A DNA stretch of 27,146 bases, taken from Gemmatimonadota bacterium (GTDB lineage: Bacteria > Gemmatimonadota > Gemmatimonadetes > Gemmatimonadales > GWC2-71-9). The notes beneath the pieces were generated by a model. That model did not search any database. It had not been told where the DNA came from and saw nothing but the letters and a program-made list of their open reading frames with translations. A program made the position numbers and the translations under genes. This document shows positions 26,275 through 27,146 of this stretch, in pieces (the first letter of the stretch is position 1; each line of letters starts with the position of its first letter). The stretch is from assembly GCA_003221005.1 (NCBI GenBank), contig QHTZ01000098.1, positions 1 to 27,146 of the forward strand. The letters run 5' to 3'.

Positions 26275-27146
26275 GGCTGAACCTCGATGACGTGATACAG
26301 CATCGCGCGTCGCAGCCGGAGCGCGATCTCCCGGACGGCGCGCTCGAGCGCCCGCCGGCGACCGGCTCGCGCGGCGGCGCTCGCGTCGCGGGCGAAGAGC
26401 TGCAGCTCGGCTGTCCCTGGAGCGAAACCGGTGAACTCGACGGCGAGCCGCTCGACGGCTTTGGCGGGCGGCGCTTGCTCGAGACGTGTCTTGAGCGGCG
26501 CGGCGATGCGGCTGCGCTCGGCGGTCGGATCCTTGAGCACCGCTTCGATCATCCAGGAAGCGCCGTGCTCGAGCTCGGCCCGCACGCGCACCTGCTGCAC
26601 GCGCCAACCCGTGCGACGCGGGTGTTTGAGCGCGCGCTCGATCAGCTGCTCCAGGGAGTGCGCCAGCATCTCCCGGTCGGCGACGGGAGAGAAAAAGGTG
26701 AGTCCCGCGACGATCGGCTCGGGCGCCTCGCGACCCACGACCGGCTCCACGAGCACTCCCGCCGCGAGCCGCCATAGCCGCCGGCCGGCGCGGCCGAACT
26801 GCGAGACGACTGCCTCTTCCGGCAGCGCCGCGAGATCGCCCAGCGTGCGCAGCCCGAGCTGCCGCAGGCGCCGGTGCGTGTCGGGATCGAGTGGCAACAC
26901 GGCGAGCGGTTGGCGCGCGAGAAACATCCCTTCCTCCCCGGGCGGTACGATCACCGCGCCCCCCGGTTTGGCGCGACTGGCGGCGACCCAGGCGACGAAC
27001 CTCCCCTTCCCCCACCCCACCCGGAACGTGGAACGTGGAAGTCGGAACGCGGAACAGGCGAAAGAATTTTCCGTCTCAGTTCCGCGTTCCGCGTTCCACG
27101 TTCCGCATTTTATTGCTTCGACGATCTGATCCGGCGAACCGTATAG
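26223..27146 (-). CDS. imuB: ImuB-like Y-family polymerase homologue, 5' end outside the window
   Basis: The frame is open from the right edge (LYGSPDQIVEAIK...RVGWGKGRFVAWVAA). It contains the Y-family HhH region PLAVLP...LRQLGLRTLGDLAALP...QFG and a C-terminal PWSRIPERRY, and lies upstream of dnaE2. Confidence 0.85.
   Translation of the reverse strand, partial: LYGSPDQIVEAIKCGTWNAERGTETENSFACSAFRLPRSTFRVGWGKGRFVAWVAASRAKPGGAVIVPPGEEGMFLARQPLAVLPLDPDTHRRLRQLGLRTLGDLAALPEEAVVSQFGRAGRRLWRLAAGVLVEPVVGREAPEPIVAGLTFFSPVADREMLAHSLEQLIERALKHPRRTGWRVQQVRVRAELEHGASWMIEAVLKDPTAERSRIAAPLKTRLEQAPPAKAVERLAVEFTGFAPGTAELQLFARDASAAARAGRRRALERAVREIALRLRRAMLYHVIEVQPWSRIPERRYALIDFEP
27022..27106. repeat. Inverted 7-mer tandem-repeat element (YGGAACG x5 / GTTCCRC x4) inside imuB
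   Basis: CGGAACG TGGAACG TGGAAGT CGGAACG CGGAAC, a 23-nt partly self-complementary spacer, then GTTCCGC GTTCCGC GTTCCAC GTTCCGC. Confidence 0.9.

Noticed and set aside
26275-27015. 5' two-thirds of the 344-aa ORF 25981..27015
   Set aside because: It is an Arg/Ala-rich alternative frame of imuB; only the part from ATG 26274 looks like a real protein.
27022-27110. Hairpin followed by a T-rich stretch as a rho-independent terminator
   Set aside because: It lies inside an open minus-strand gene with no plus-strand gene ending upstream, and the tandem 7-mer structure is not typical of terminators.

Overview
High-GC bacterial chromosomal window. Gene content and codon style suggest Gemmatimonadota, but this is inferred and not tested. 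Most genes are housekeeping, envelope or stress genes: a fused small/large-subunit aconitase-family dehydratase, a DUF4015-like putative glycoside hydrolase, an M14 peptidase, an OmpA protein with TSP3-like repeats, a GAF-containing chemoreceptor, a DExH helicase, a PAS-Fis mini-regulator, a thioesterase, ispH, lhr, msrA, an Fpg/Nei glycosylase, an alpha/beta-hydrolase-fold lipoprotein and an imuB / small ORF / dnaE2 mutagenesis cassette. Several things are not explained by the ORF track. (1) There is a CxxU SelW/Rdx selenoprotein with a SECIS hairpin at 10091-10327. (2) Two genes appear to start at CTG. (3) Inverted arrays of 7-mer tandem repeats are read in frame inside imuB and dnaE2, with single-arm relics in lhr and the cassette's small gene; these may be the footprint of an undescribed repeat-based mobile element. 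(4) An internal deletion with frameshift breaks the dnaE2 OB fold. (5) The DExH helicase has its motif Ia ahead of Walker A, an apparent permutation. (6) Many genes have a -10 box 5-8 nt before the start codon, suggesting leaderless mRNAs. No rRNA, tRNA, CRISPR array or transposase was recognised.
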